Positions 51,364-63,139 of a stretch of DNA of 64,000 nt are shown piece after piece (the first letter of the stretch is position 1; each line of letters opens with the position of its first letter). This DNA comes from Saccostrea cucullata. Taxonomy: Eukaryota. Below the pieces are notes generated by a model. That model was given only the letters and a program-made list of their open reading frames with translations, searched no databases and was not told the DNA's origin. Location of the stretch: assembly GCF_032062105.1 (NCBI RefSeq), contig NW_026936238.1:1-64000 (forward strand), given 5' to 3'. A program made the position numbers and the translations under genes.

Positions 51364-53479
51364 GTTACCTGTATAAAGTTTGGAAGATGTTACCTGTATA
51401 AGTTTAGTTTAAGAAGTATTTTATTCATAATATACAAAGAGTACAATATTAATATGGATTGACTTCACTTACCTGTATAAGTGTTGGATGATATTACCTG
51501 TATTAGTGTCGGATGATATTACCTGTATTAGTGTCGGATGATATTACCTGTATTAGTGTCGGATGATATTACCTGTATTAGTGTTGAATGATGTTACTTG
51601 TATTAGTGTTGGATGACGTTACCTGTATTAGTGTTGGATGATATTACCTGTATTAGTGTTGGATGATATTACCTGTATAAGTGTTGGATGATATTACCTG
51701 TGTAAGAGTTGGATGATATTACCTGTATTAGTGTTGGATGATATTACCTGTATAAGTGTTGGATGATATTACCTGTATAAGTGTTGGATGATATTACCTG
51801 TATTAGTGTTGGATGATATTACCTGTATAAGTGTTGGATGATATCACTTGTATTAGTGTTGGATGATATTACCTGTATAAGTGTTGGATGATATTACCTG
51901 TATTAGTGTTGGATGATATTACCTGTATTAGTGTTGGATGATATTACCTGTATTAGTGTTGGATGATATTACCTGTATTAGTGTCAGATGATATTACCTG
52001 TATACGAGGGCTGTTCAATAAATAATGTCCTGAACTATATGACATACATTACAGATATTGTATAACATTAAACTTGACCTTCTCTCATTATTGAATCTTT
52101 CGTGAATTTATAACAGCTAATGTGACCACTTTTCATCATATAGTTTCATCTTGAGAAGCTGTGAAACAAGGGCTTTTCGAGACACTGCATTATAAATGAA
52201 TGTTAAAGAATCAGTAAACAAGAGTGAAAATAAAAGCTTCATTAAAGCTGCCGTAAAACATGTAAAAAAATCCCAAAGAAATATTAACTGAAATATGTGA
52301 CATTTAGAGCAACCAATGCCTGTTTTATAGACAAAAAAGCAGTTGGATTTCAATGATAAAACATTATATAATGGGCATCAAAAATGGGTACCCTCCTTGC
52401 CAACAAAAATTATAACAACTCATGTACTGTTCGCCAAATTTCAACAAACGATATTTGATGCTGTATGATTGACTTTAAGACACATAGCAAATTTGATAGA
52501 CATCACATCAGGGGTATTTTACACTGTATTTAAGAAACGTTTGGCGGTAAAAAAGCTTGATACTCAAAGGTCACCCTATATTTTGAAAAATGAGTGAAAA
52601 TGACAGCGTGTACAAAAATCTTTACAATTATTTTAAAATATCAGTAATTGTAGTTATCCACGTTTGTTTTATTTTCAAACAGATATTGGAACATTAATCT
52701 ATCGCTTAAAACCCTAAAAACAAAATTTACCATAAGATGTACTTGATGAAAACCGCGAATGTCTGAAAAGTGCACAGGTATGCAAGAGCACAAAGACAGA
52801 TGTATATGTAATTTTCTTAAACATTTGTGGTAATGTTGTTCAAAATCGTATTCGGAGAGACAGTTTAATTTCTGGAGGAGTCAAGAAAGCACTTCTTTGG
52901 CCAAAAAATCAAAAGGTTTATTAGAGGAAGGACCCAGAATCAGGAATTCACTACATTGAATTTCTTCAAGACAGCGTCCAAACCCGCATGCCCTGAAGAG
53001 TAAATGGGTTCTCGGGATAAACAGAAAGTTAATGTTTTTTCACATTAACAATTTTTGCAAGATCTTTGACCTCTTGACTTGTTTCAATTTCCAGACTTGG
53101 AAAAAATACCTTTTAGAAGGAAGAAACAAGTCCGGAAAATCATTGGATCTGCCATTTCCCAGTATACTGAGGGACATACCTAAATATGAGTTCTACAAAC
53201 GATCAGAAATTGGATAGAAAATGCTACGGACATGTATTTTACTTAAAAGAGATTAAATAATAAAATCATGAAGAATAAATAATTGAAAATCGTCTTTTAA
53301 TTCTTTCTGAGCACTGAGGACATTATTTATTGAACAGCCCTCGTAAGTGTTGGATGATGTTACCTGTATAAGTGATGGATGGTGTTACCTGTATAAGTGT
53401 TGGATGATGTTACCTGTGTTAGTGTTGGATGATATTACCTGTACAAGTGTTGGCTGATATTACCTGTATTAATGTTGGG
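51364..53479 (-). repeat. Same 25-bp donor-spanning minisatellite in copy B, split by a mariner element
   Basis: Units at ~51364-52004 and 53344-53479, abutting exon 53464-53699. Confidence 0.93.
52005..53343 (+). mobile_element. Mariner (Tc1/mariner) element, ~1.34 kb, decayed transposase
   Basis: 27-bp perfect TIRs CGAGGGCTGTTCAATAAATAATGTCCT and TA duplication (52003-52004, 53344-53345). The remnant LTLRHIANLIDITSGVFYTVFKKRLAVKKLDTQRSPYILKNE*K*QRV resembles the mariner HTH/WVPHEL region. Confidence 0.85.
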
Positions 53480-53741
53480 TGGTCCGGCCACTCCTGTTGA
53501 AGTTCTCTCACTCTGACCATCAGTCTCTGTAGTATAGGGACACATTGAATGACCTCTGACAAGTAAGAGTCACAGTAAACATCATAACCCTGAGGTGATG
53601 ATTTCTCAGCCTGATTATCATATACAGGAGTTATCTCTTCTTGTAGTGTCTGACTGGCCACCAGGTGGCTTCCTAATGTCTGCCTTTCTACTTCTGACAC
53701 TGTAGAGGAGAGAAAAAATGAAATTACGAAAAAAGTATGTA

Positions 53742-53889
53742 CAGTGGACCCTCATTTATCCGGACGCTTTGGTTCCCAGTCAATTTGTCCGGATATGTGA
53801 AGCATCCGGATATCTGAATCACCAGATAAACAAACAAATAAACATTTAAGAATTTTGTTTCGATGAAAAATCGTCCGGATACTGAAGCA

Positions 53890-53921
<32 letters not shown>

Positions 53922-53927
53922 TCACTG
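53742..53927. mobile_element. Tc1/mariner-type MITE (copy B only)
   Basis: ta|cagtggaccctca ... tgagggttcactg|ta; absent from the copy A intron at ~1120-1150. Confidence 0.8.
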
Positions 53928-55574
53928 TAATTGTATGTATCAATTATTGAGATGGAATCTGTTCTTACTTAGGTTATCAAGTGTCTCTATTGTTTTTTTA
54001 ACATACGATTAAACTTACAGTTCCACTGCCCTCTCAACAAAGGTGCAGCAATGCTATAGCACAACAATGAGGGCTCTGTGATATCCTTGGTCGTGACCTC
54101 TGTCACATTACTTTGCTTTAACCAATCAGAGGAGGACAGACTTGAGAACAGTAGCTGGTGGGTGTGGCTTACAGCTGTCAATTCTCTGTCAGTCACTGTA
54201 TTGGGTGTGTCTTCTATTTCAGGTTCCATTGGCTCAGATAAACCAGTGTCTTCCAGAGAGGTGGGTGTTATCAAGTCTTGGAATTCCTATCAAAAAAGAA
54301 TAATAATATTATTATGTATGTGTAAACACTTCTGCTTCACACTGAAGACATTTCTAGATAACATTTTTGAATCATATCCTTATTAACTTCTCTCAATTAG
54401 AGCAAACCCATTTCTATATCAAATAATAACTGTTACAATAGTCTCTTGGATTTCAAATGTAAAAAAAATCATAATCTGATTTTCCTTTCACCTTTGCCAA
54501 CAGCTTACAATCATTTTATGACTCTACACTTGTATAATGCCACCCTGACCTACCTGTTGAAAGGAAGGAAAGTTCTGTCTGAATTCCTCCTCCTCTATCA
54601 CTTCATTGTCTCTGTCATCGCCGTGGAGTTTTGCCTTGTATTTATACAGATCCTCCTCAGCCTCTTTCTGACGTCGGATCTCCTCCTGATGTTTCCATGA
54701 CAACATAAAACGATTGAAGATATGGTGCAGAGACAACAGGATCTCTCTGTTCAATTCTTTTCTCATCAAGGCAGAGTTCCGCAGTAAAAACAAGGCACCA
54801 AGGTACAACCTGAAGGAGGAAGGGATAGAACAATGTCATGTAAGAAGGCAGCATAATATAGTTTTATATAATTCTCTTCTCAACCGATGAAACAACATTT
54901 TTCTATTAAGCAGGAAACAAATAACAGAATATTTGTACCTTGAAGTTTGGTTTGTCTCATTCTCTTCCACTTGACCCCCACAACCTGAAACCAATCTCTC
55001 CACTAACAGTATTTTCTGAGCTAACTTTAAGCTGTTGATTACATCTGATGAGATAAATGGGAACTTTCCTAGAAGCTGGGCTGCCTCCCTGATGTGACCA
55101 ACTGTCTCATGGACCTTGAGAACAAAATTCACAATTTATTTTATAATTCTCAGAAAATTCATAATAACTGCAAGTGAAAATTAAATGAAACAAATTTTTT
55201 ATTTAAAAACTTATGGATATTGTAATTCAAACTTATTTCATCATCAGAAGTACTCCTACCTGACTGGTCACTTTCAGTCTTTCTGTCAGTTGTTGTGCAT
55301 TGTTTGCTTCTGTGGTACAGCCAGCTATAAGCCTCATCCCACATCTCACCTAAAACAAACAAGGTCTCATGTATCCTTTACAGTTATATTGCTTTTAAAG
55401 GCTTTTTAACATGATCACTTGTCTAACTTCTAGACTGAATCTCTTATGTCTTTCAAAATATTCAGTATTCCTTCAAAATTTTAAAGGATGGGCAAGCCTT
55501 GCAGAAGGCAGTCCAAGTTTTGTGGATGAGAAGGGACTTATTTTAAGAACACCTGTTTACAATGAATTAAAGCA

Positions 55575-56536
55575 CAGGAGTCTGAAGTTTTAATTGTCAA
55601 AAAAAAAAAAAAAGAAAAATTCGGAAAAAAATTTCCCTACCCTTAACTAAAAAAACCTCAGGATGGCAACGTGTTTTGGGGAGACCCACCTAAACAAATA
55701 GATCTGGGCTTGGTCGGAAAAATCTCGCAACTAATTTAGTATCCGGAGTGTTTGTGCTATTTATTCAAGTTAAGAAATCAAATCTGCTTGACGACTATGG
55801 GCTGTTCATGGCCTGTTTTTAAGTTTGACAGCTCATCCTGGACTCCATGCCACTAAACCGGAAGTGAACTCCGAGGTGAATATATGACGTAATTGAAGAA
55901 AAGAACCAAAAAAATGCATGTAAAACTTTATGTACAATTTTATGTCACCATACGTGATCAATAAAAAGATGTATTTTTCAAACAAAATAATGCTTTATAA
56001 GAGCGCTTAGTCTAAATATTTGGCTCTTTGTCGACATGGCTTTTCAGTGATTTAAATTTGGAGCTTGTAAAAACTGAACTATCTGTCCCTGGTACACATC
56101 GTCGTACACGTAAGAAAAAGGAATAAATAACTTTTTAAAGTTCTCTTAAATATATTTAAAATAACTGAATAAAATTACGTTGAACAATTATTTTTTTGAT
56201 TTCATTTGAACAAGTTTTCATAAACGTAAAATATACACTGCGAGATTCTCTTCCGGTTTAGTGGGCAGGCATGGAGTCCAGGATGAGCTGTCAAGTGGAA
56301 CAGGGGCTAGGAACGGCCCGTAGTTGTCAAACAGATTGAATTTTTCACATTAACTGAATAACAAAAACGCTCCGGAAACTGAATTAGTTGCGAGATTTTT
56401 CTGGCCAAGCCCAGATCTATTTGTTTAGATGGGTCACCCCTAAAACATGTTGCCATCCTGTTTTTTTTTTTTAGTTAAGGGTAGGAAAAAAAATTTCCGG
56501 ATTTTTTTTTTTTTGACGATAAAAACCTGTTCCTGG
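55575..56536. mobile_element. Foldback element with ~280-bp inverted arms (copy B only)
   Basis: 55588-55865 is the imperfect reverse complement of 56250-56525; absent from the paralogous copy A intron. Confidence 0.8.
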
Positions 56537-57067
56537 CACCAGGTATAAATATTTAATTCACTCACCTGTTGTAGGGCCACAATGAAGGGTGTGGTGATGT
56601 CTCTGTACAGAGGGAACTCCTCCTCTAATCCTGAGATATACAGCCACTCACCTGACAGGTGCTAGGTCTGTACCTATAGTCATCCTACTAATCCTGAAGA
56701 TACAATACTACTCACCTGACAGGTGCTTGGTCTGTAGGCATGCTGGGACTGTAAAGCCTCTATCTGTCTCTGTAACTTCTCCCTCCTGTAGATCAAGTGG
56801 AGGATCAAAGGATGTTGTAGGTGGGAGGGCGTGTCCAGCAGATGTAGACCCGTCATTTGTCTGTGATGGATGGTCTTGACTTCAATATCTGTATTGATCT
56901 CCTCCAGCTGACCAAAAAATTAATTAAACGATTATTTTATTTTGAAATAATCTTTATCTAATTTTGAACATGAAATTATTCATCAATAGCAGAAAGTAAA
57001 TTCCAGAATTTTTAAAAACATAAATTTCTATGTTTTTCATGTGAACGTATTCAGTACTTTTTCTTAC

Positions 57068-57461
57068 CTCCCTTTGTTTTAGCTGTAGTTTGATCTGTGT
57101 CTTAACCACTGGATCAACAGGTGACCTTGGTTTGTGGAGGAGCATGCCCAGTAGACCTACATACACCCACTGTCTTCCTACTGTTCTCATATCAGCCTCA
57201 TCATCAGAAACGGCAAGTATTCCACTCAAACACTCCCTTACTATAAATAGATCAGGCCCCATAACTCCATTCAGGAGGTTTGTTATGGTTTGGATTATTT
57301 GCTCACTGTTCGAATGAGAGGTATCTTTGTTTTGGAGGCAGTTGATGAACTCAGACACACTCTGTTTGTATTTGTCCTCTGCTTCCTTGGATTTAAACAT
57401 TGCCACAGTGGAGTGAAGTATTGATACAAACACTTGGACGATGTGCTGTCTCAAAAGTATC
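57068..57461 (-). CDS. MDN1: MDN1 copy B linker exon, paralog of 4075-4468
   Basis: GRQWVYVGLLGMLLHKPRSPVDPVVK motif; 394 nt in both copies. Confidence 0.85.
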
Positions 57462-57502
57462 CTTAAAGGACAACAAATGAAATTGTATATTTTTATCATT
57501 AA

Positions 57503-57813
57503 GGCCACACCAATAAATTTTTTTGTTCGTCAGACCAGCGCGCTCGTATTTAAACAAAACTATACAAATAATATTAATTTAAAAACCCCACACCATGGGA
57601 ATTCTCTGTTGTTTTGTGTTCTATTTCTGCTCTATTTATCGTACTTTTAACCTACTTACTCTGCAAATCAGAAAAAATATAATTCTCTGCTCAATTTTTT
57701 TCAAACATAAAACTTTTACCTACAATAAAGTTATAATATTATTATTTTACCACTAGCCCGCTCGTACTTTCTTCATTAAATGTCCGACAAACAAGAAATT
57801 AAATTAGTGAATC
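57503..57813. mobile_element. TTAA-flanked MITE (copy B only)
   Basis: ttaa|ggccacaccaataaattttttgttcgtcagac ... gtccgacaaacaagaaattaaattagtgaatc|ttaa. Confidence 0.6.
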
Positions 57814-58238
57814 TTAAAATCATTTTACTGACTTTCTCTAAATTCATGTGAATACACACAACATCAAAATTAAAACTGACCTAGTCTGAAGATTCCCTTT
57901 ACAGAGCATTGAGCCTTGAGACCAGATGTGCTGTGACAGGATCTGTAGTTTGTGTAGCCTTGATTTTAAGTCTCTCAGAGGTACATCAACAGTAAGATGT
58001 CTGTCCTGTGATGACCTTTGTGTTTCCTCAGATTTTCCACACATCAGGTGGTAGGCAGTCTTACTTAATACTGCCTTGTAAAGACTTTTTGGGCCCTAAA
58101 ACATACAGTTTATGTGATAAACAACATGAAACCAGAAGTCTCTGTCGAGACTGTAGCTCTACTGGTTTATACTTAAAACAAAGGCAGAGAAAAGAAGCAG
58201 TTGTGACTTGAGACTTCAAAACAGCAATCAGTAGAAAA

Positions 58239-59207
58239 ACTAGAGCAAAGCTCGTTGCAAAGCAACGAGTAGGTCTTCCGTCCTGTTTGACCGGAAGTAA
58301 CTTTCATTTTTAATAAATATGTGAAACAACGCCCAAAAATGGTTTGAATCCTCTAAATCCATATCAAAAAATTCAAAAATAAGCCATTTTCTGCTACTTC
58401 CGGTTTGACCGGAAGTGACGACGACGGACGGAAAATTAATTTAAATGCTCCCAGAGACTTATATTACAAAAAAACCTGTAAAGAACGGCAAAATTATGCG
58501 TTTACCGATTACTTCCGGTTTGGTCGGAAGTGACAACGTCGGACGTATTTTGACGACTTTAATAGATCAAGCTTGACATTTTGAACAACTTTGCTTCTTT
58601 TACGTATCACAAATTCTCAATACTTTTTGAGATAGAAAGGAAAAACTTTCGGTCCCTCCTGGCCCCTTATTTCAAGGGCCAGCCCTTTTTTTGAGATGTC
58701 ATTTGAAAGATCTTCAAATTCTACACCTTTTTTGTTCTACATGCTTTAACAAAATATTTTCAGGTAAAAAGTTTTCGTATAAAAGGTGCTAAAAATTTTG
58801 AAATTCTTGATAGGACTATTTTCGGGCCATAGCGAGAGTCGGCGCTTCGTACTTCCGGTAGTTTTGATATACTTAGTGCACTTCTCCAAAGGTTGCTCTA
58901 AGCATCACTGAAAATTTCATGCTTCTGTGTTAAGTGCTTTTTAAGAAAACTGCCGGACTAAGTGACCCTCTAAAAATCACTAAATCGCAGAAATCTCCGG
59001 ACCGGAAGTGACGTCATCAAAATAAAAAAATATATATCTAGATTTTTTGGTGTTCTATCAGACCTGAAAGTTTCATGAAAATCGATCGAGCCGTTCTCGA
59101 GAAATCGTGCGCACAAAATCGGTAAGAAAAAAAAACAATAATAAAAATAGTGGAAAAGAAACCTAAGAAAAACAATAAGGTCTTCCGTTGAAGACGGAAG
59201 ATTTTAA
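58239..59207 (+). mobile_element. Nested Helentron-associated element
   Basis: 5' actagagc..ctcgttgcaaagcaacgag..ggtcttccg; 3' hairpin ggtcttccgttgaagacggaagat. Confidence 0.7.
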
Positions 59208-59260
59208 TGATCCTTATCACCCATCAAAATAAAAACAGATGCAAAAAATTATGTATCATA

Positions 59261-59926
59261 AGTATAAGTCACATTATCCAGCGATGGGGTACACGATGCG
59301 AAACTGATGCGTATTTTGATGAAAATGGCGTGGTTGCCGACCGGGTACCACTAGTGATCAGACGGTGACTGAGGCCATTTTGCAAATCGGTGGGGTCATC
59401 AGTAGGAAATAAATCGTAGTTAAAAATCAGCTATGTCTCCAACGATGCCTCACATTGCTCCTCATCGACAACCCATCATTAAGACGTCTTTCAAGGATTG
59501 GCCGATGTATGACCGAGCATCTTCCAATTTCTGTTCAATCTGAGGTCATCGGAGGGTTGAGTGGTGTTCAACAGATAATGGACGATCATCGGTCGATGTT
59601 CGGCCAAACGTTGGCCTGAAGTCGACCTAAGTACAAAAGATGTTCACCAATGTATGAACGATGTAATATACATCAGCGGATTATCCTGGAACATCGTTTT
59701 ATGATTAGCAATGCATCACTGAGCCTTTGTAAGTCTGGCCAGGAACCACACCATTTTCATCATAAAATGCATTGGTTGCCCATCGTATACCTATCGCTGG
59801 ATAATGTGACTGATACTTTAAGGACTACTAGCCAATGATGACCGATGTAGGGGCATCGTTAATACCACGGATTACCACTGATTACCACCGTTCTACGGCT
59901 ACCGGCCGGGAAATGTGACCTAGGCA
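59261..59926. mobile_element. PIF/Harbinger-like MITE
   Basis: Imperfect TIRs agtataagtcacatt / aatgtgacctaggca, inserted at the host TTA (flanks ata and tta). Confidence 0.55.
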
Positions 59927-61392
59927 TTAGTGTAGTTTACTTGTCAGCCAAGTTATATTGAAATTGGACCAAAGCTGTAGGAGGTGTAGCATTTTGAAAG
60001 AAATTCACAGAAATTTCTATTTTCAGTAACCATGGAAATATCGTTCATCGAAATCAAAAACCGATGCACAGAATTATGTATCTTAGTGTAGTCTACTTTT
60101 GTGCCAAGTTATACTGAAATCAGAACAAAACTGTTTGAGGAGTAGCATTTTGAAAGAATATAACAGAAATTTCGATTTTCAGTTACCATGGCAATACCGT
60201 TCAAAGAAATCAAAAACCGATGCTCAAAATTATGTATTTTAGTGTAGTCTACTTGTCAGCCAAGTTATACTGAAATTGGACCAAAACTGTAGGAGGAATA
60301 GCATTTTCAAAGAATTTCACAGAAATTTCTATTTTTAGTAACAATAGCAACACCGTTCATTGAAATTAAAAACCAATGCACAGAATTATGTATCTTAGTG
60401 TAGTCTACTTGTCAGCCAAGTTATATTGAAATTGGACCAAAGCTGAAGGAGGTGTAGCATTTTGAAAGAAATTCACAGAAATTTCTATTTTTCGTAACCA
60501 CCGCAAGATCGTTCATCGAAATCAACCAATGCACAGAATTATGTATCTTAGTATAGTCTACTTGTGTGCCAAGTTATATTGAAATCAAACCAAAAATGTA
60601 GGAGGATTGACATTTTGTTTACAGACAGACAGCTAGACACTCAGACGGACGGACGACGGACGCATTACTATCGCATTAGCTCTTCTGGTCTCTGACCAGT
60701 AGAGCTAAAAACTTCTATGATGTCACCCATTGTTATCAGTCAACGCATAATTTACCGTTTCAATCAGCACTAATTGGATATTGTTTAGATCCAACTGGCC
60801 ATCAGTTTGATTTTTAAATATCCAACTGCCTATCGGTTGGATATTCAAATATCTAACTGAGGTGCATAAAGCATAATACAATGAACAAAAGAGATAAAAC
60901 AGTTTTAAGATGTATTTCCAATGCACATGAAAAATTAAAAATACTCCAAATTTGCCACACTATTAATTATCAGATAACATCTTTTAATCATTTAAATAGT
61001 ACACAAAGAACCAACCAATATAAATGTTAAAACTTATTGTCCCCATTTTGCACTACAGTGTAGCCTTGTCTTTTAAATTCCCTTCATATATGATATAATT
61101 ATTGAAGCCCTTTTTTTTCTCTTTAAATGCTGTGGCTTTGAAAAGAATACAAAGAGATTTAAATGATTTTGTTTGAAATAGGTAGTTCCTACATACACAT
61201 AAATTGCAAATCATCTAACTACACAAATCATGAATAAAGGTTATATTGTGAATGGAACAATTTAGCAGACCAAAGAACAGGTAATATTTAAACTAAGTAA
61301 ATTTTCTCTTTAAATGAAGAGTATATTATGTAAATTCTTATCATCCATGATTTAAATATTAAATATAATTTAGAGGTTTTTCATCAACATCA

Positions 61393-63054
61393 ATGGACCA
61401 GGTACCAGATACAGCCCAGCACTTTATTGAGTGTGACACAGAATCCTGTAGCAATTCCTCAAAGTTTTACTGCAGTACCTGTCATCAACGACTCTGTGAC
61501 AAATGCAAACAGTCTCATCTAGAGCAGAACAATGGACACGAGATTGTCCTCTATAGGGAGAGAAAAAGAAAACTACCATCAGAGAAATGCAGGAACCACT
61601 GCACCAAAGACATAAATATTTACTGTAAGTTTTGTCAGGAACCTGTTTGTTCTACATGCTTCGACTTGGATCATAGAAACCATGAAAAAAGTGACCTTAA
61701 ACCCATCTACAATGACTTTCTACAGGATTCTCAGAAGGAAATAACTGTGATCTGGAAAACTGTCATTCCCAAAGCTAAAGATAATCTTGAATCAATTACA
61801 GAAAAGAGAAAAAATGTCAAGAAGAAAATTGCCAAGTTTAGAGATTCCATGAAGAATAGAGCAGATGAAGTTAAGAAGACTGTTGAGAGTGTACTAACTG
61901 ATAATAACAAAAAACTGGATGAGATTGAAAACTCTGTACTAAATGATATGGAAGAACAACAGAAGGAATTAGAGGACTACATAAAGTACCTGGAAAAAAT
62001 GATTGAAGACTATGAGAGTAGAATGTCATCCATAACACACACTGAACTTATGAAATTTCAATTAGACATTTCAAAAGTTACCCTGAAGATGCCTCGGAAA
62101 CCTGAACCCAAACTTCCAACTTTTACATTAGGTGCACTAAATAAACAAGACATATCCAAACAGATGGGTAAAATAGAACTAGATTTATCAGAAAGATTTA
62201 AGCTTTCTTCTGTCACAAAAATAAAAGATGAAACTATCCAGGGCAAGGGAGTGTCTCATTTTTCTCTCTTACCCTCCAACAAAGTTTGGGCCAGTGAAAG
62301 GAGGGGGAATCTCATTCAGTATGACATGGATTCTAAAGGAAAAGTCATAAATGAAATACCCACCGGTATGAATTATTCCCACGGTATCCACACAGTCACC
62401 ACAGAGGGAGAACTTCTTTACACAGAAAACTGTGAAAAAACTGTATACAGAGTAACTAGTGACATGACTATCAACAAATTTATCCAGACAGGGTGCTGGG
62501 AACCTGGAGCCATCTTCTCCTCTCCTAACAATGGAAACATATTGATCGGGATGAAGAGAAATTCAAACCAGAAAAATTCAAACCATAAAGTCACCAGATA
62601 CAACAGAGAAGGAAGAAAGCTACAGGACATACAGTGGAATGATAAAGGGCAATCTCTCTATCAACATATAGATTACATCACAGAGAATATCAATGGCGAC
62701 ATCTGTACATCTGACTGGAAAGCCCTTAAGGTTGTGGCGGTGACTGCATCGGGAGAGTACCGCTTCTCTTACTCTGGTCTCGAGTCTCAGTATGGATTCT
62801 GTCCTTATGGAATCTGTACAGATGTTTTGGGACACATTTTGGTGTGAAATAGCATTTATTCATTATTTGGGAATTACTCTAGTGTCCACCTGCTGGACAT
62901 TAATGGTCAGTTCCTGTCTCTCCTACTCCCATTAGATGAAAGTCCTCTAACTCCCCGTGCTCTCTGTATTGATGATCAACACAATCTCTGGGTCAGGGGA
63001 TTAAACAGTTCTACTCTCTCTGTGTACAAGTATTTACAGAATACAGAAAACTAA
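61393..63054 (+). pseudogene. Paralogous B-box/coiled-coil/NHL TRIM-like gene nested in the homologous MDN1 copy B intron; in-frame TGA at codon 485
   Basis: ORF 61393-62847 (484 aa) is colinear with 6115-7743. The TGA at 62845-62847 aligns with TGT (Cys) in the paralog. The frame stays open and homologous (SVHLLDINGQFLSLLL...YKYLQNTEN) to TAA at 63052-63054. Confidence 0.85.
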
Positions 63055-63139
63055 CATTTTATTTATTATTTTATTTATGCCTGTATACCTGCTTGATCAG
63101 TAAAAAGCAACCTCTCCAAGTGTTCATGAAGAAATAAAT

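Larger units (their letters stand above)
14771..58095 (-). pseudogene. MDN1: Midasin (MDN1/Rea1) copy B: linker, D/E-rich tail and VWA/MIDAS C-terminus; 5' part lies beyond the window; disrupted as assembled
   Basis: About 45 GT-AG exons with mostly consistent phases: 57881-58095, 57068-57461, 56716-56907, remnant 56566-56628, 55260-55349, 54939-55114, 54554-54809, 54019-54286, 53464-53699, 43198-43293, 42976-43070, 42697-42799, 42403-42589, 42084-42190, 41888-41992, 41596-41742, 41280-41427, 40952-41001, 40749-40845, 40508-40610, 40302-40404, 37865-37980, 37596-37674, 37185-37376, 36868-36938, 35142-35524, 34961-35052, 34624-34845, 28007-28144, 27579-27857, 27265-27444, several acidic exons at ~23343-26313, 23061-23176, 22241-22421, 21724-21797, 21497-21611, 21174-21386, 15330-15377, 14771-14908. 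Midasin motifs: ELCEQLRLVLEPSQATKLRGDYRTGKRLNMRKVIPYIASQFRKDKIWLRR, AIDDSSSM, FPFPFYIILRDINSLP..DALRQWFE. In-frame TAA at 42545-42547 and a truncated exon at 56566. Confidence 0.9.
58130..60710 (+). mobile_element. Helentron-associated element carrying two nested insertions
   Basis: Homologous to 13452-14083; interrupted at 58239-59207 and 59261-59926. Confidence 0.75.
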
